The notes beneath the pieces were generated by a model, which was given only the letters and a program-made list of their open reading frames with translations, had not been told where the DNA came from and did no database searches. From positions 82,601 through 146,600 of the IMG/VR virus record IMGVR_UViG_3300013936_000011: DNA of 64,000 nucleotides. One strand, written 5' to 3'. A program made the position numbers and the translations under genes. The stretch is from a virus. Lineage: Duplodnaviria; Caudoviricetes. Shown here piece after piece: positions 21,201-32,700 of the stretch. Positions within the stretch are counted from its first letter, which is position 1. Each line of letters begins with the position of its first letter.

Positions 21201-24200
21201 TATTATATGTAGATACATTATTAGGTTACGATGCTTCTACAGCTGACTATATTACTGTCAGAGGAGATATGGATGGTTTTGTACATCTTGATATACAAAC
21301 TTATTCTCCTATGTATTTAACAGTTAAATGGAGAGATCAAGCCAATAATTCAGGTAGCCAAATACTTAAGATTAAACGTGGAGAGACTATAAGATTTGAA
21401 AAAGAACTTCATGCAACAGACCAAGAAATTCTTATATATGGTGGTCAACACTTAAAGAGTATTGGTGACGTATCCAATACAAGCCCTAAACATTTATTAT
21501 TATCAGCGGCACCTAATCTTATAGATTTACGATGTACTGCAGATACCTTATTCAACGTTTCACTTAGTACTTGTAAAATGATGCAAACAGTAGATTTGCA
21601 TGATTGTAGTAGACTTGGTGTAGACGCAAGTAATGCTGTTCTTGATTTATCTGGTTGTGAAAACTTAAGAACTGTAGATATACGTGGTACTAAAATCACA
21701 TCAGTAACTACTTCAATTAAAGGTGGTAACTTAGAGTCTATTTATTATCCTTATTCTATACAAGCTATAGAATTGTATAATCAAACTAATCTATTAACTC
21801 TTTCATTGCCTACAAGCGTAGTTTTTAATGAAAGACCTGATCATGAATTAAATAAACTACCTTCTAAACTGTCTACATTTATAATTAATAATTGTCCTAA
21901 CTTAAAGACAATACGACATGAAGAAAGCGAATATGAATACTATAAAGACAATATGTTCTTGCCTTTATTCTATGCCAATAATATAGAAATAACAAATTCA
22001 TTTAATAATCTTGATACATTTGATTTCTCATATTGTATGAATCTAAAGAGCTTAAAATTAAGCAATCTGGATGGATTAAAGACATTAAGATTAAATAATT
22101 TAGTTTATAATGATAGTTCATATAGTAAACTATCTGAAGTTGATTTCTCTAAACTAGATAATCTAGAAACATTAGAAATGAAAGTAACAGATGAATCTAT
22201 AGGAGAATATACAGCTAAGCCTGCATTTGCTCAAAACACAACTTTAGATTTAAGTAAATGTACTAATTTAAAAAATATATTATGTAATTATGCTATACAT
22301 GGTTTATCAGAATTAAGACTTCCTACTAGCATAGACAAGCTAGTATTTGATAATACTTTTGATAAAACATATTCAGATATCAATAAGATTTACATATCTA
22401 GTACAGTAGGAGCTACGAATACTATTGATTTATTTGGTTCTAAATTACATGAGTTTAATATAAAAACTATAAATAAAATAAAAGCAATAACTAATCTTTA
22501 TCTATATGCTTATCATAAAGAAGATGTAGACGTAAATAAATACAGAGACAATATAGAAATACCAAATGCAACAGTACAAGGTGTATATGATTTTACGAAT
22601 TATGCAGATTCTGATTTCTCTAATTTATTTAAAGATAAGGATTTGACTAATATAAAATTAGTTAGTTCAGAATATTTACCATTAGTAGTTAATCTTGAAA
22701 GCTGTTTTGAAAGATCTACTGTAAGTTCAGATACAGGACTTGCTACTTTTTTTACTAAGCTTACTGGCGTTACAAATATTAAGAACTTATTTAAGAATTC
22801 TGTAGGATTAACTAATGGTGTATCAATGGATACTAGTAAAGTAATTAATGCATATGGAGCATATTACGGATGTAGCGACTTAGTATCTGTTCCAGAATAT
22901 AATCTAGAAAGTGCTATCGACATATCATACATGTTCTATAAATGCTCATCTTTAGCCGATATATTCACATTCAATGTTCCTAAATGTATATCTGCTAATT
23001 ATACATTCTATGATTGTAAGAGTTTAGTCGAATTAATGTTTAGCTCAGATAATAAAATATCTTCTGCTACACATATGTGTGATAATTGTTCTAGTCTTGA
23101 AAGAGTTACATTGTTTAATACAGCTACATTAGCTTATATGTCTTATATGTTCTATCAATGTAAAATGCTTAGTGCTTATCCTGATATAGATACTACTGCA
23201 TTAAAAGATGTTAACTATACATTCTATAACTGTATCGCTATGCAAGGTACACCTGATGGTACAGGTTTATGGAATAACAGTAATATCAAAAACTATTCAT
23301 TATGTTTTGCAGGATGTATAAACTTAACTAACTTCTATACAGAAATACCTGTTGAATGGGGTGGAGGTATGGAAGAAATAGGTGTTAACGACCTTGAATT
23401 CTCTATTATACCTACTACAAATCAAACAGATGTTATAGGAGATTACTTACCAACATTCTACTCTACATATAATCATAATATGGTTAATCAATGTTCTAGT
23501 GCATGGACAGAACATGTTGCTAAAACATCTATTAAATTAAAAGAACCTATAGCAGTAACTGCTGGTGAAACATATAATTTAACTCAAACAACTTACGGAA
23601 CTATAAGAGTAGTTGCTTGTGACGCTAGCGGAAATATAAGAACAGATATTGTTAGAAACTCATATTTCCAAAATAAAGAGTTTACGGTACCAGCTGGAGT
23701 AGATTATATAAACGTAATTTACAGCTCATATGGCGATAAGTATATAGCAAGAACTGCTAACTTAAGTATACTTAAAAAGGATGCACAAAATGTAGAAAGC
23801 GGATATACGAATATAATAATAACTAAGACAGACGGTACAATAACAGAAAGTCTAAAGACTACAATTAATGAAGTATCTAAAGTGTATATTAAGTTTAATT
23901 CAGATACTACTTATATAAGCTTTAGAAACCACGACTTCTTACAATCTGTATCTTCTATAGATTTAAGTAATTGTCCAGTATGTGACTATATGTTCTTAAA
24001 CTGTCCTAATTTAGTTAGCGTAGGTAGCTTAACTACTGAAGGCGTATTAAGCATGGATAGTATGTTCTATGGTTGTACAAAACTATCTGAAATATCTTCA
24101 ATAGATTTATCAACTTGTATTAACATATCTAGAATGTTCTACGGCTGTACTAAATTAACAGATTTATCTTCTATAGATTTAAGTAAGATATTATACATAG

Positions 24201-26719
24201 AAGAAGCATTCACTAATTGTGTTTCTTTGGCCGAAATAAATATTAGAAATCTAGTTAATGTTCTCAGCCTTTATAAAACATTCTATGGATGTACAGCTTT
24301 AACAAGCATACCAGAATTAAATATATCTAATTGTGATTCATTAGAATATGCATTCTATAATTGTAAGAACCTTACAAGAATAGCAAGTATAAATACTGAT
24401 ACGTTAAAATATATGAGCTATGCTTTTTATAACTGTAATTCCTTACAAAATATTCCTACATTTGATACTTCTAAAGTAACTAATATGGATTATAGCTTCT
24501 ACGGTTGTGAAACTATAGCTTCAATACCAGCATTTAGTACATCTAATGTTTTAACAATGAACTATACATTTGCTAAATGTACTTCATTAATAGAAATACC
24601 TATATTTGATTATATTGGATTGGTAGCAGTACAAAATACATTTGAAAATTGTCAATCATTAACTTCAATAACAATGGCTAATACTAATAATCTAACATCT
24701 ATACCTAATATGTTTTACAACTGTTTAGCATTAGCTTCTATAGATGGTTTGGATACAGCAAATGTAACAGATATGTCTTATGCATTTTATAATTGTGCAT
24801 CTTTAGCAAGAATGGAATTAAACGTAAAATCCGTAACTTCTATGGCTTATGCGTTCTATGGATGTACTAAGTTAAAAGCTATAGTATTTACTGATAATTC
24901 TACAACTACAGCATGTACAACATTACTTCATGCTTTTGATGGTTGTCAATCACTTGAAAGCATAAGTTCATTAGATACTTCAGTTTGTGAAGATATAACA
25001 TACATATTTAATAACTGTCTAGTATTAAATGCAATAGGTTTAGCTTCTTGGGATATTTCTAAGATAACAAGCTTAAATCATTCATTTACTAATTGCAAAG
25101 CTTTATCTAAACAAAAAGAAACTGAAGGAGCAGACCCAGCTGATTTAAATGCATTATTATCTTGGGATGTAAGTAAGATAGTATCATTTAATAGTACATT
25201 TAAAGGTTGGGATTGTACTAACTTAGATCTTAGTAATTGGACTACTAGTGCAGCTACTAGAATGGATTATATGTTCGAAGACTGTAAGAATCTTCAAACT
25301 ATAATTGGAATAGATGCATTCGTAATGAATACTGTAACATCTATAACTTGTATGTTTAGAGGATGTAGTAGTATGACTTCTCTAAATCTTAATACTTGGA
25401 ATACAACATTATTAGAAGATGCTTCAAATGCATTTGAAAGTTGTTCATCTCTTGAAACACTTGAAATAGGAAATTGGAACGCTTCTAATATACAAAGCTT
25501 ATATTGTTTCTTATCTGATTGTACAGCTTTAAAACAATTAGATATAAGTAGTTGGGAGTTAACATCTATAACTAATCTGGAAAGAATGTGTTATGCTTGT
25601 GAATCTATGACTGATTTTAATATAAATACTACTTATATAAAAGATAATGTAATAAGTTCTATGTCATATATGTTGTATCAATGTACTAGTTTAAATAATA
25701 TACCAACAGACTTTTATATAAAAGGAGCTGCTAATTATGTATTTGCTTTATGTTCTGCTTTAACATATATAAAAAATGTATATGTATTAAATTCAACATC
25801 ATCATATCAATTGTTCAGAGGATGCTCTGCATTAGACACAGTCGATAAAATAGTATTTACTAATTGTAATAATATATCTAATTTATTTATGGGATGTTCA
25901 TCTTTAACTACCATCAATACATTCACTGTAACTAATACTGCAGGTAATACAAATATGCAGAATGTTTTTAATGATTGTGCTAAATTGACTACTTTAAATA
26001 ATAGTAGCATAGATTCTAGTGTTTACACTTTATACTATTGCTTCAATGGATGTATTGCATTAACAGATTTAGATCTTACTAATTGGAATATAACAAATTG
26101 TGAAAACTTAGCATATACATTTAATAACTGTCAAGCACTTAAAACAATAACAGTTGGAGCTAACTGGAATACATCTAAGGTTAAAAACTTTAACTCAACA
26201 TTCTCTGGATGTTTAGAACTTTTAGTTGTACCAGCTCTTGATTTAAGCTCAGCTACTGATATGACAGGAATGTGTAATGGATGTAAGAAGATGACAAAAA
26301 TAGATGGTATGGAAACTACAACATACAATTCTAGTAAAGTAATAAATATACAATACGCATTTTATGATTGTCAAAATCTATTATACTTACCAGTATTAAC
26401 TACAACTTCTGTATCTAATGCAAGTTATACATTCTTTAACTGTATTAGTATGACAGGCGAACCACTAAGTGGATCATACTGGAACAGTTCTATTTCATCT
26501 TATTCATATTGTTTCTATAATTGTAAAGCATTAGACAATTATGCTGCTATACCTGATAGATGGAAAGGAATAGGTATGACAACTTATGGATTAAGAATGG
26601 CTCGTGCAGTTGTTCCTCAAAATACTGATGAAGTAGTTGTATTACAAGCAGAAATATTAGAAAAGCAAAACGAATTAAACATGCTTATTAATCAAATGAA
26701 TTCACTATTAAGTGAATAG
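18209..26719 (+). CDS. Giant multidomain protein: Ig-like, LamG-like, CotH-like kinase, LRR and two DUF285/BspA-like repeat arrays
   Basis: LamG-like (GFTIDILF...WTRVTYV...IYINA...LRLYERELNDEEV); CotH-like QGTSS..Y.RKNY, LKVNYMESS, GLYDF, DSLGKNM, YDLDTAMG; LRR (LDLSGCENL); dozens of M..MFY.C..L repeats. Confidence 0.8.
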   Translation: MSIKYHNDKTGKWEIIASNKASDIAINDNESNFDSNNVEGALKEVGGLAKANNIKLSEIDGRVQYIEEHGTTGGGGSGGGALPTITSEYSATIIDANEEQIIKIFFSSPNLGSGTCYIVCNDIELLTVPVDQGYNNITIPALGSGTFKLSLYVKDRAGLLSNTLNWNLTAGGLTATLTMNTSLDYSITDRILMTYNVEYSLDDEITMYLTVDYDDYTVICSKGYNSYNLTGLGVGIHKVSFYLKAGPYSTKTQTFNVVVVNTEDLYVSSTTDSKLSMEEGDPLSINYRISKKSAEYFDVQITVDDKLVSQRQSIVGNYYYNNNTLPIGTHVIKISVTSESGESSELVFNVEITAGSYIRKQIVTGGLIANWDATGLSNQDANKTKWVDKVSGIEGELYNFNYSSNGWITDNDTNETYLACNGNTYVKIPYAPFANNVTTGFTIDILFRTRDVGDIDARVLDITDTLAPYKGVYIDTQNAHLISAIHDINSAVGDDEWTRVTYVIDRLNKFGKIYINAILSSAFYLTDDSSGSSIRYEDFMHNEYIYLNSFKGTGHYGSCEIRCLRLYERELNDEEVLQNHIADIVNTAEQKAKYDFNYNNNGIPKMYFWGDTTEMSLTQKKTMRIKYVSPNNEEYGESFDYPYCKVYWQGTSSLTYVRKNYNIELFDEDQRAIKYTPFKTGKAENVLCLKVNYMESSNVNNVGLAEFANNGLYSKKNPAQELDPDVRQTITGFPILVYINDECMGLYDFNLDRYSTNSFGYDLIDETLAYEVSANTDATAGAFNKWTSASGQGKIDYYASDFEVIYPPSKMNGNDDYADLITLIEFVSDADDEYFKAKFDEFFDRESVFRYLLFVLVFGMVDSLGKNMKLVTFDRKKWYIQLYDLDTAMGLDNTGALTFDVDIEIEKGTFNTSTSQLWTKILRVFEAELKQEYASMRNEQFTLKNIMHYIYDEQMSKIPEVYYNEAAQVRYLDFGGKFLYALHGSREYQIKRWIRERLLYVDTLLGYDASTADYITVRGDMDGFVHLDIQTYSPMYLTVKWRDQANNSGSQILKIKRGETIRFEKELHATDQEILIYGGQHLKSIGDVSNTSPKHLLLSAAPNLIDLRCTADTLFNVSLSTCKMMQTVDLHDCSRLGVDASNAVLDLSGCENLRTVDIRGTKITSVTTSIKGGNLESIYYPYSIQAIELYNQTNLLTLSLPTSVVFNERPDHELNKLPSKLSTFIINNCPNLKTIRHEESEYEYYKDNMFLPLFYANNIEITNSFNNLDTFDFSYCMNLKSLKLSNLDGLKTLRLNNLVYNDSSYSKLSEVDFSKLDNLETLEMKVTDESIGEYTAKPAFAQNTTLDLSKCTNLKNILCNYAIHGLSELRLPTSIDKLVFDNTFDKTYSDINKIYISSTVGATNTIDLFGSKLHEFNIKTINKIKAITNLYLYAYHKEDVDVNKYRDNIEIPNATVQGVYDFTNYADSDFSNLFKDKDLTNIKLVSSEYLPLVVNLESCFERSTVSSDTGLATFFTKLTGVTNIKNLFKNSVGLTNGVSMDTSKVINAYGAYYGCSDLVSVPEYNLESAIDISYMFYKCSSLADIFTFNVPKCISANYTFYDCKSLVELMFSSDNKISSATHMCDNCSSLERVTLFNTATLAYMSYMFYQCKMLSAYPDIDTTALKDVNYTFYNCIAMQGTPDGTGLWNNSNIKNYSLCFAGCINLTNFYTEIPVEWGGGMEEIGVNDLEFSIIPTTNQTDVIGDYLPTFYSTYNHNMVNQCSSAWTEHVAKTSIKLKEPIAVTAGETYNLTQTTYGTIRVVACDASGNIRTDIVRNSYFQNKEFTVPAGVDYINVIYSSYGDKYIARTANLSILKKDAQNVESGYTNIIITKTDGTITESLKTTINEVSKVYIKFNSDTTYISFRNHDFLQSVSSIDLSNCPVCDYMFLNCPNLVSVGSLTTEGVLSMDSMFYGCTKLSEISSIDLSTCINISRMFYGCTKLTDLSSIDLSKILYIEEAFTNCVSLAEINIRNLVNVLSLYKTFYGCTALTSIPELNISNCDSLEYAFYNCKNLTRIASINTDTLKYMSYAFYNCNSLQNIPTFDTSKVTNMDYSFYGCETIASIPAFSTSNVLTMNYTFAKCTSLIEIPIFDYIGLVAVQNTFENCQSLTSITMANTNNLTSIPNMFYNCLALASIDGLDTANVTDMSYAFYNCASLARMELNVKSVTSMAYAFYGCTKLKAIVFTDNSTTTACTTLLHAFDGCQSLESISSLDTSVCEDITYIFNNCLVLNAIGLASWDISKITSLNHSFTNCKALSKQKETEGADPADLNALLSWDVSKIVSFNSTFKGWDCTNLDLSNWTTSAATRMDYMFEDCKNLQTIIGIDAFVMNTVTSITCMFRGCSSMTSLNLNTWNTTLLEDASNAFESCSSLETLEIGNWNASNIQSLYCFLSDCTALKQLDISSWELTSITNLERMCYACESMTDFNINTTYIKDNVISSMSYMLYQCTSLNNIPTDFYIKGAANYVFALCSALTYIKNVYVLNSTSSYQLFRGCSALDTVDKIVFTNCNNISNLFMGCSSLTTINTFTVTNTAGNTNMQNVFNDCAKLTTLNNSSIDSSVYTLYYCFNGCIALTDLDLTNWNITNCENLAYTFNNCQALKTITVGANWNTSKVKNFNSTFSGCLELLVVPALDLSSATDMTGMCNGCKKMTKIDGMETTTYNSSKVINIQYAFYDCQNLLYLPVLTTTSVSNASYTFFNCISMTGEPLSGSYWNSSISSYSYCFYNCKALDNYAAIPDRWKGIGMTTYGLRMARAVVPQNTDEVVVLQAEILEKQNELNMLINQMNSLLSE

Positions 26720-26733
26720 AAAGGAGTGATATC

Positions 26734-29700
26734 ATGGCAGCTATAACAATGACAGAAACTTCTGATAGTCCTTACTTAGGTAAGAGTCATGTGTTCAGCA
26801 AATCATATAATAGTGACAAGTCAAAAGAGACTTTTACATGGAAATGTTGGCCTCAAGAAGTTCCTTATAGTTATACTTATTATGGTAAAAGTTACTCTGG
26901 ATATTACACAGGCGGAACTAGTTCTAAGCCTGGTGGTATATTAAGAGGAAGCGAGCTTACCAGATATACTCGTAGAGGTATATTCGAAGGAATAAGAATA
27001 CATCAAATAAAATGGAGAAAAAATGGTGGTACTTGGAAAACTAAAGGCTACAGTGAAATTTCAAATGAAAGCGATGCAACAGTTTCAGTATCAACTGCTA
27101 CAAATGGAGATAAATTTGAGATACAAGTTACTTACGAACTATGTACAATGGGATTCCCTCACAGGAATTTCCCATTCTTCTGGTTCTGTGCTAAAGGTAG
27201 TACATATTACGTAGGAGGTAATGGTAAATCAATTAAATATACTAAACCTAATAGTGATCCTGGACGTTCATATTCTAAAGTTTCGAATACAGCATGGGAA
27301 AAAGTAAGACTTGATTGGGGAGATCCTCGTGATCCCTCAGTTAAGACTGCTGATAAAACTTTAGCTGGATGGAGTTATAAGAATGGTAAAGCTAAGACTC
27401 GTATATACAATGAGTTAGGTGATGGTGCAGATAAGACTGCATACAGTCCAACTTACACTTACGAATATCAAACTCATTATCCTCAACTACATGGTTTAGG
27501 ATGGAAATCTGAAGCAGGTAACGATTATCAATATGCTAGAAAGTCTGCTTACTGGACTTATCGTAGAACATTTACTTACTCTGTTACTAGTAGCGATATA
27601 AAAGAAGCTCCAGACCCTGTTGAAGCACCTAATAAACCTGAAATAACTGTAGTACCTAACCACTGTAGTACAGATTTAAGAGGTGAAGAAGGTACAGTTA
27701 AAGTTAAATATACTCATCCTTCTAATCATGATGGTGCAATACTTTTATATGCATATCAGTTTAACGAAAAAACTGGAGACTTTATACAAAAAAGAGTAGG
27801 CGGCGGCTTTATTGAAGTGGACGCTAATGAAATATATCAATATACTGTTAACTTTAAAGATTTAGGATTCGCTAGAAGTAGAGAAATACGTTATATGGCA
27901 GTAGCTAAAGTAGACGATCTTTATTACAATGATACAAAACGAAAAACTACAGCATCGTTAATAGATGCTAACGATACTTATTCAGAAAGATTAACTAAAT
28001 GGAACGTATATGCTAAAGGTCATTATTTCAACGAAGAACCTGTAGTAGAAGAAATACATTTGAAAGAAAGTTTAGATTATACTAAGAAAGCTACTTTATA
28101 TTGGGATAGACCTATAGATCCTGATGGAGATAAAGTTCATTATAGTTTATGCATAGCTAGACCTGGTTCTGAATGGGAAAATGATTCACTTGATACATTC
28201 TACGGAGGAAATTACGGTGGAGTAAATGGAGATGTATTATACAGTTATAGAATAGATAATATAACAAGTACAACTTATGATTTAGATACTACATCTTTTC
28301 CTTACTTAGAAGACTTAAAAGTTTGGCTAGTTTCTTATGATGATTATATCAATAGTTACTACTATGCTTCTAGACCTATTGAATTTAAAAAGGTCCAATC
28401 ACCATATGTCAAAATAGAATGCGAAGAAATTCGTTCAGGAGAAATAAATCCTACTAATCACGATGATATGATAGATGGCACTAGAGGTAAGGTCAAATTA
28501 ACATATTACCATGAAAAATGTGTTGGCGGTACTGTAGATTTAGAAATTTATCAACCAACAGATTATGAAGGTACTAATGGATATAGAAAAGCTGTAATAA
28601 AAAACGTAGCATCATTTACTGGTAGCAATGGACTTAACGGAGAAACAAAAGAATATATAGTTGACTTTAAACAATATTCTGCTTTAGATAGAAGTAAAGA
28701 TATTAATTATTTCGTAAAAGCTACTGATACAAACGGAACTAAGTCATGGCTAACTGGTGATGATAAATGGGAAAATACAGTACGTGGTCATTACTATAAT
28801 GATGAACCAGCTCCTGTATATCCAGCTTTAGATATAGACCATTCAGAAAACAGAAAAGACTACGCTCATTTAATTTGGGATCAACCTATTGACCCTGATT
28901 ATGATTCTAAATTATGGTATGCTATATATCTTGCTACAGGAGATTCTAGTAAAGATACTAATTCAAAAGAGTTTGGTAAGCAAAAGACTAAAATGTCATA
29001 TTATAAAGTTTACTACACAACTGCTACTGAATACTATATTGACATAACAGACTTTACATCTTCAACAGGAGATTTATCTGTATGGATAGAATCTCATGAC
29101 CAAAAATGGAATAACTATTATCATTATGGTACTCCTAAACAATTCCAAAATACAGCTACAGCACCTAATAAACCATATATAGTTTGCTATAATATGTACG
29201 ACGAACTTGATGGGTTAAAATGTTCTGAACAAGGTGAAGTATATATTTATTATAGTCATGATCAAGGTTGGAGCGGATATGTTAAATTATATGCTATGGG
29301 TAAATATAAAGACGGTTCTTTTAGAGTTGCTAATGTATTTGAAAAACAACTTGGCAAAGAAGAAGTTCTTATACAAGACGGATCACCATACGATTTCGTA
29401 GTTGATTTTAGAAAGGTATTTGGTAACGAATGGACTAACAGAGATTGCGAAGTTCATTATTATGCAACAGCACGTACTGCTAATAGAGATTTGGTAGACG
29501 CAGCTTCTTCTGAAGGTGATATAGATTGGGTACCAACAGTTGCAAATAGTTCAGCTAAATTCAATAGTTGGGACGGAGCTCATTACTATAACGATGAACC
29601 TTCTGATATGTCAAGTGGTTCTCCAGCTAAACTAACATTAGGATTAGATGATGCTAACTCTGATATATTCACTAAGGTACGTTTAAAATGGTCAACTGCT

Positions 29701-32700
29701 ACAGATGTTGCAGGAGATATAGTAAGATATGAAGTTTACCTTAAACCAGAACATAAAATATATACAGTAAATGATGAGATAAGATACTTTAATAATCCTG
29801 ACCCAGATGCTGATGAAGCTATACGTTGTGATCTATTAGGAATAACTAATAATACTTTCTTAGATTTTGACATGACAGGATATGAAGTTGAAGGCGAAAC
29901 ATATACAGCTTTCATAAGAGCTGTTGATGGATGGCACAACAGTTACTACTATGATAGTAATAAACTTGTATTTACTAAGAAAGAATACAGCAGACCTAAG
30001 ACTAAAATAAATATAGAAAATGCTCATGGTGAATTTGGTAAAGCTCAACTTATTTATACTCATCCAGATTCTAAGTTAACTGGTGAAGATGCAACTGACA
30101 GAGGTTCATGTGATGGTAAGGTTTGGGTATATGCTTACATTGATGGTTATGAATCTAGACCAATTAATATATCTAGTTTATTTGGAGATGTCGTAACTAA
30201 AGAAGATAAAGACGACGACGTTGATTACATAATCATGACTCCAGACCAAACTATAGATAAGACAATAGATTTCCGTGAAATAGTAAGACTTGGTAAAGAA
30301 CAAAACATAGCTATATCACAATACAGAAGCAATTACATAACATACTATGCAATAGCTAAAGATGTTAATCCTGGTATTTATTCTATAGATACAGCTCCTG
30401 ATGATATAGGTTCTTATGAACGTGAAGAATACTTGTCTCAAACAATAAATGGTATTCAATACTTCTATACTCATTACTTTAATGAAGAACCTCCACAACC
30501 TGTACCTTATACTGGTTCTCCATTAACTGAGGCAGATAGAGCAGTATTTGGATTTAACTATACTATAATACAAATAGAACCTATTAGTGACCCTGACAGA
30601 GATCCTATGCATTACTACATCTATATAGATACTCCTAATAGTATGGGTGATGCAGAGCATACAACTAAAGTATATAAAGAAGTGGCTAATGTTAATACAA
30701 GAGATGTAGTCATAGAAACTACAGATCGTGTTTATAATAGATGTTACAGAATAGATCCTATCTATGAAAAAACTGGTGATGAAGTAAATGTAAACAATAT
30801 ATTATATTATAACGTTTATAAACTTACTGGAGATGATTTTAATAGCAGTAGTTCTTGGACATATATAAGTAAGTCTGATACTCCTTCATTAAAGATAGAC
30901 TATATAGCTGACAATTATCCTTTATCTAAATGGGTAGACGAAGCTAATGGTTTAAGTCAAAGTGATGGAGCTGGATTATTTACTTACTGGGTAGAATCTA
31001 GAGATGATTATGAAAATAGTTATTACAGATCATCTGATTCTATGATTGTAGATAGAATACAACATAAGAAACCTAATAAACCTGAGCTTACAGTTACACC
31101 AGCGCATGGAGAACGAGGAGAAATAAGTATTAAATATAAACATCCAGAACAATTAGATTCGTTAATCTATCTATACGCTTACTTTACAGATAGTAAAGGT
31201 GTTAAGCATACTGGTTTAGTAGATGTTATAGATGTGAGCTATACAGATGAAGAAAAGAATGACTATTATCTTAATAGAGTTCCTATAGTAAAAGAAGTTG
31301 AATATACTGTAGAATTTACTAAAGAAGTGCATGATCATACTAAGTTCTTTGAACGTTCTACTGCTATAAGTTATTATGCAGTGGCTGCAGATAAGATAGT
31401 AGGATACATATCTGAGTTAAAAGATAATACTAGTGCTTCAATTGATGATTTTAATCCAGATAGTATAGCAGAAGCTGATAGACGTGATGGACATTACTTC
31501 AATGAAGAACCTGAAATATCTAGTCCATACTATTTATTTACAGAAAAGATAGCAGCAGATGAAGGTGATTCTATATTTGAAAAAGGTGTATTAGATAATT
31601 TAGTAGTAGAAGAAACTCCATTCGATACTATGACTTTATTATGGGAAATGCCAGTAACAGCTACAGATAATAAAGATATAGACGGAGATATTATAGATTA
31701 TTACTTCTACATGTATTGTCCTTCTACAACTCTAGAAACTAAAAATAAAGATGAAGAAAAACCTGACCATGTATTCTATGGTAATTATACTGAATCAGAT
31801 TCATACGGCGGTAACGATATTATGCAACCTGATAATGGAGATGCAGGTGACTTAGATGAATTTAGTGATAATGGACAAGAACCTGAATATGTAAAAGGCG
31901 TAGTTGAATATAACTATTTAGTAACTGTTCCTCATGAAAAAATAATAGGTCAAACAGTATCAGATAAGAACGGTAAGACTTGGTTCTATTATACTTTCGA
32001 CTTATCACTATATCAAGAAGACGGAAATGTTACTATATGGATAGAAACAAGAGATAGATATGAAAACAGCTATTACAGAAGCGGTTATTCATTAACATTA
32101 AAGAGAGGTCATAAAGCTAAACCTGTACAAACAGCATATCCTAATAACGTTAACAACGTAGTATATTGTAAGCGTCCTAGAATCTTAATAGAATTAGCAG
32201 AAGATGATTTAAGACAAGAAGTAATTGTTACTTGGAAGAATGTTGAATATTCTAATAAGGATTATAATCAACGTCAATTCTTCTCTAGTATTCCTAAAGT
32301 AACAAAAGGAGATCCAGGTTTAAATACAACAGGTGAAAATGATTGCTACGTTATATTTAGACCACCTGTAGCTTATACAGAAATAAGTGGCAGCAAAGTT
32401 CAATATAGTATTAAAGTTAATAATACTTGTACAACTTCTGAGTCTCGTTACTTCTCATACATGTATTATAAATTTGGCTATAATTTAACCGAAGATACAT
32501 TCATTCCTATTAAAGCTGTTCATGTTAATGAATTCAGAAAAGCTGCTCAACGTGTTATAGATGCTTATGGTAAGAGTTATGAGGACCCTGGCGAATATCA
32601 ATTAAAAGACAGAGCAGTAGTTATTAAACAAGTAGTAGATAATGAAGACTATAATGAAATAGCTAAACCATTAATGAATCTTAACAACTTCTTAAACACA

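Noticed and set aside
18209-26719. Diversity-generating retroelement targeting the repeat arrays or fibre tips
   Set aside because: No reverse transcriptase and no near-identical TR/VR pair differing at adenines was seen in the window; elements elsewhere in the genome cannot be excluded.
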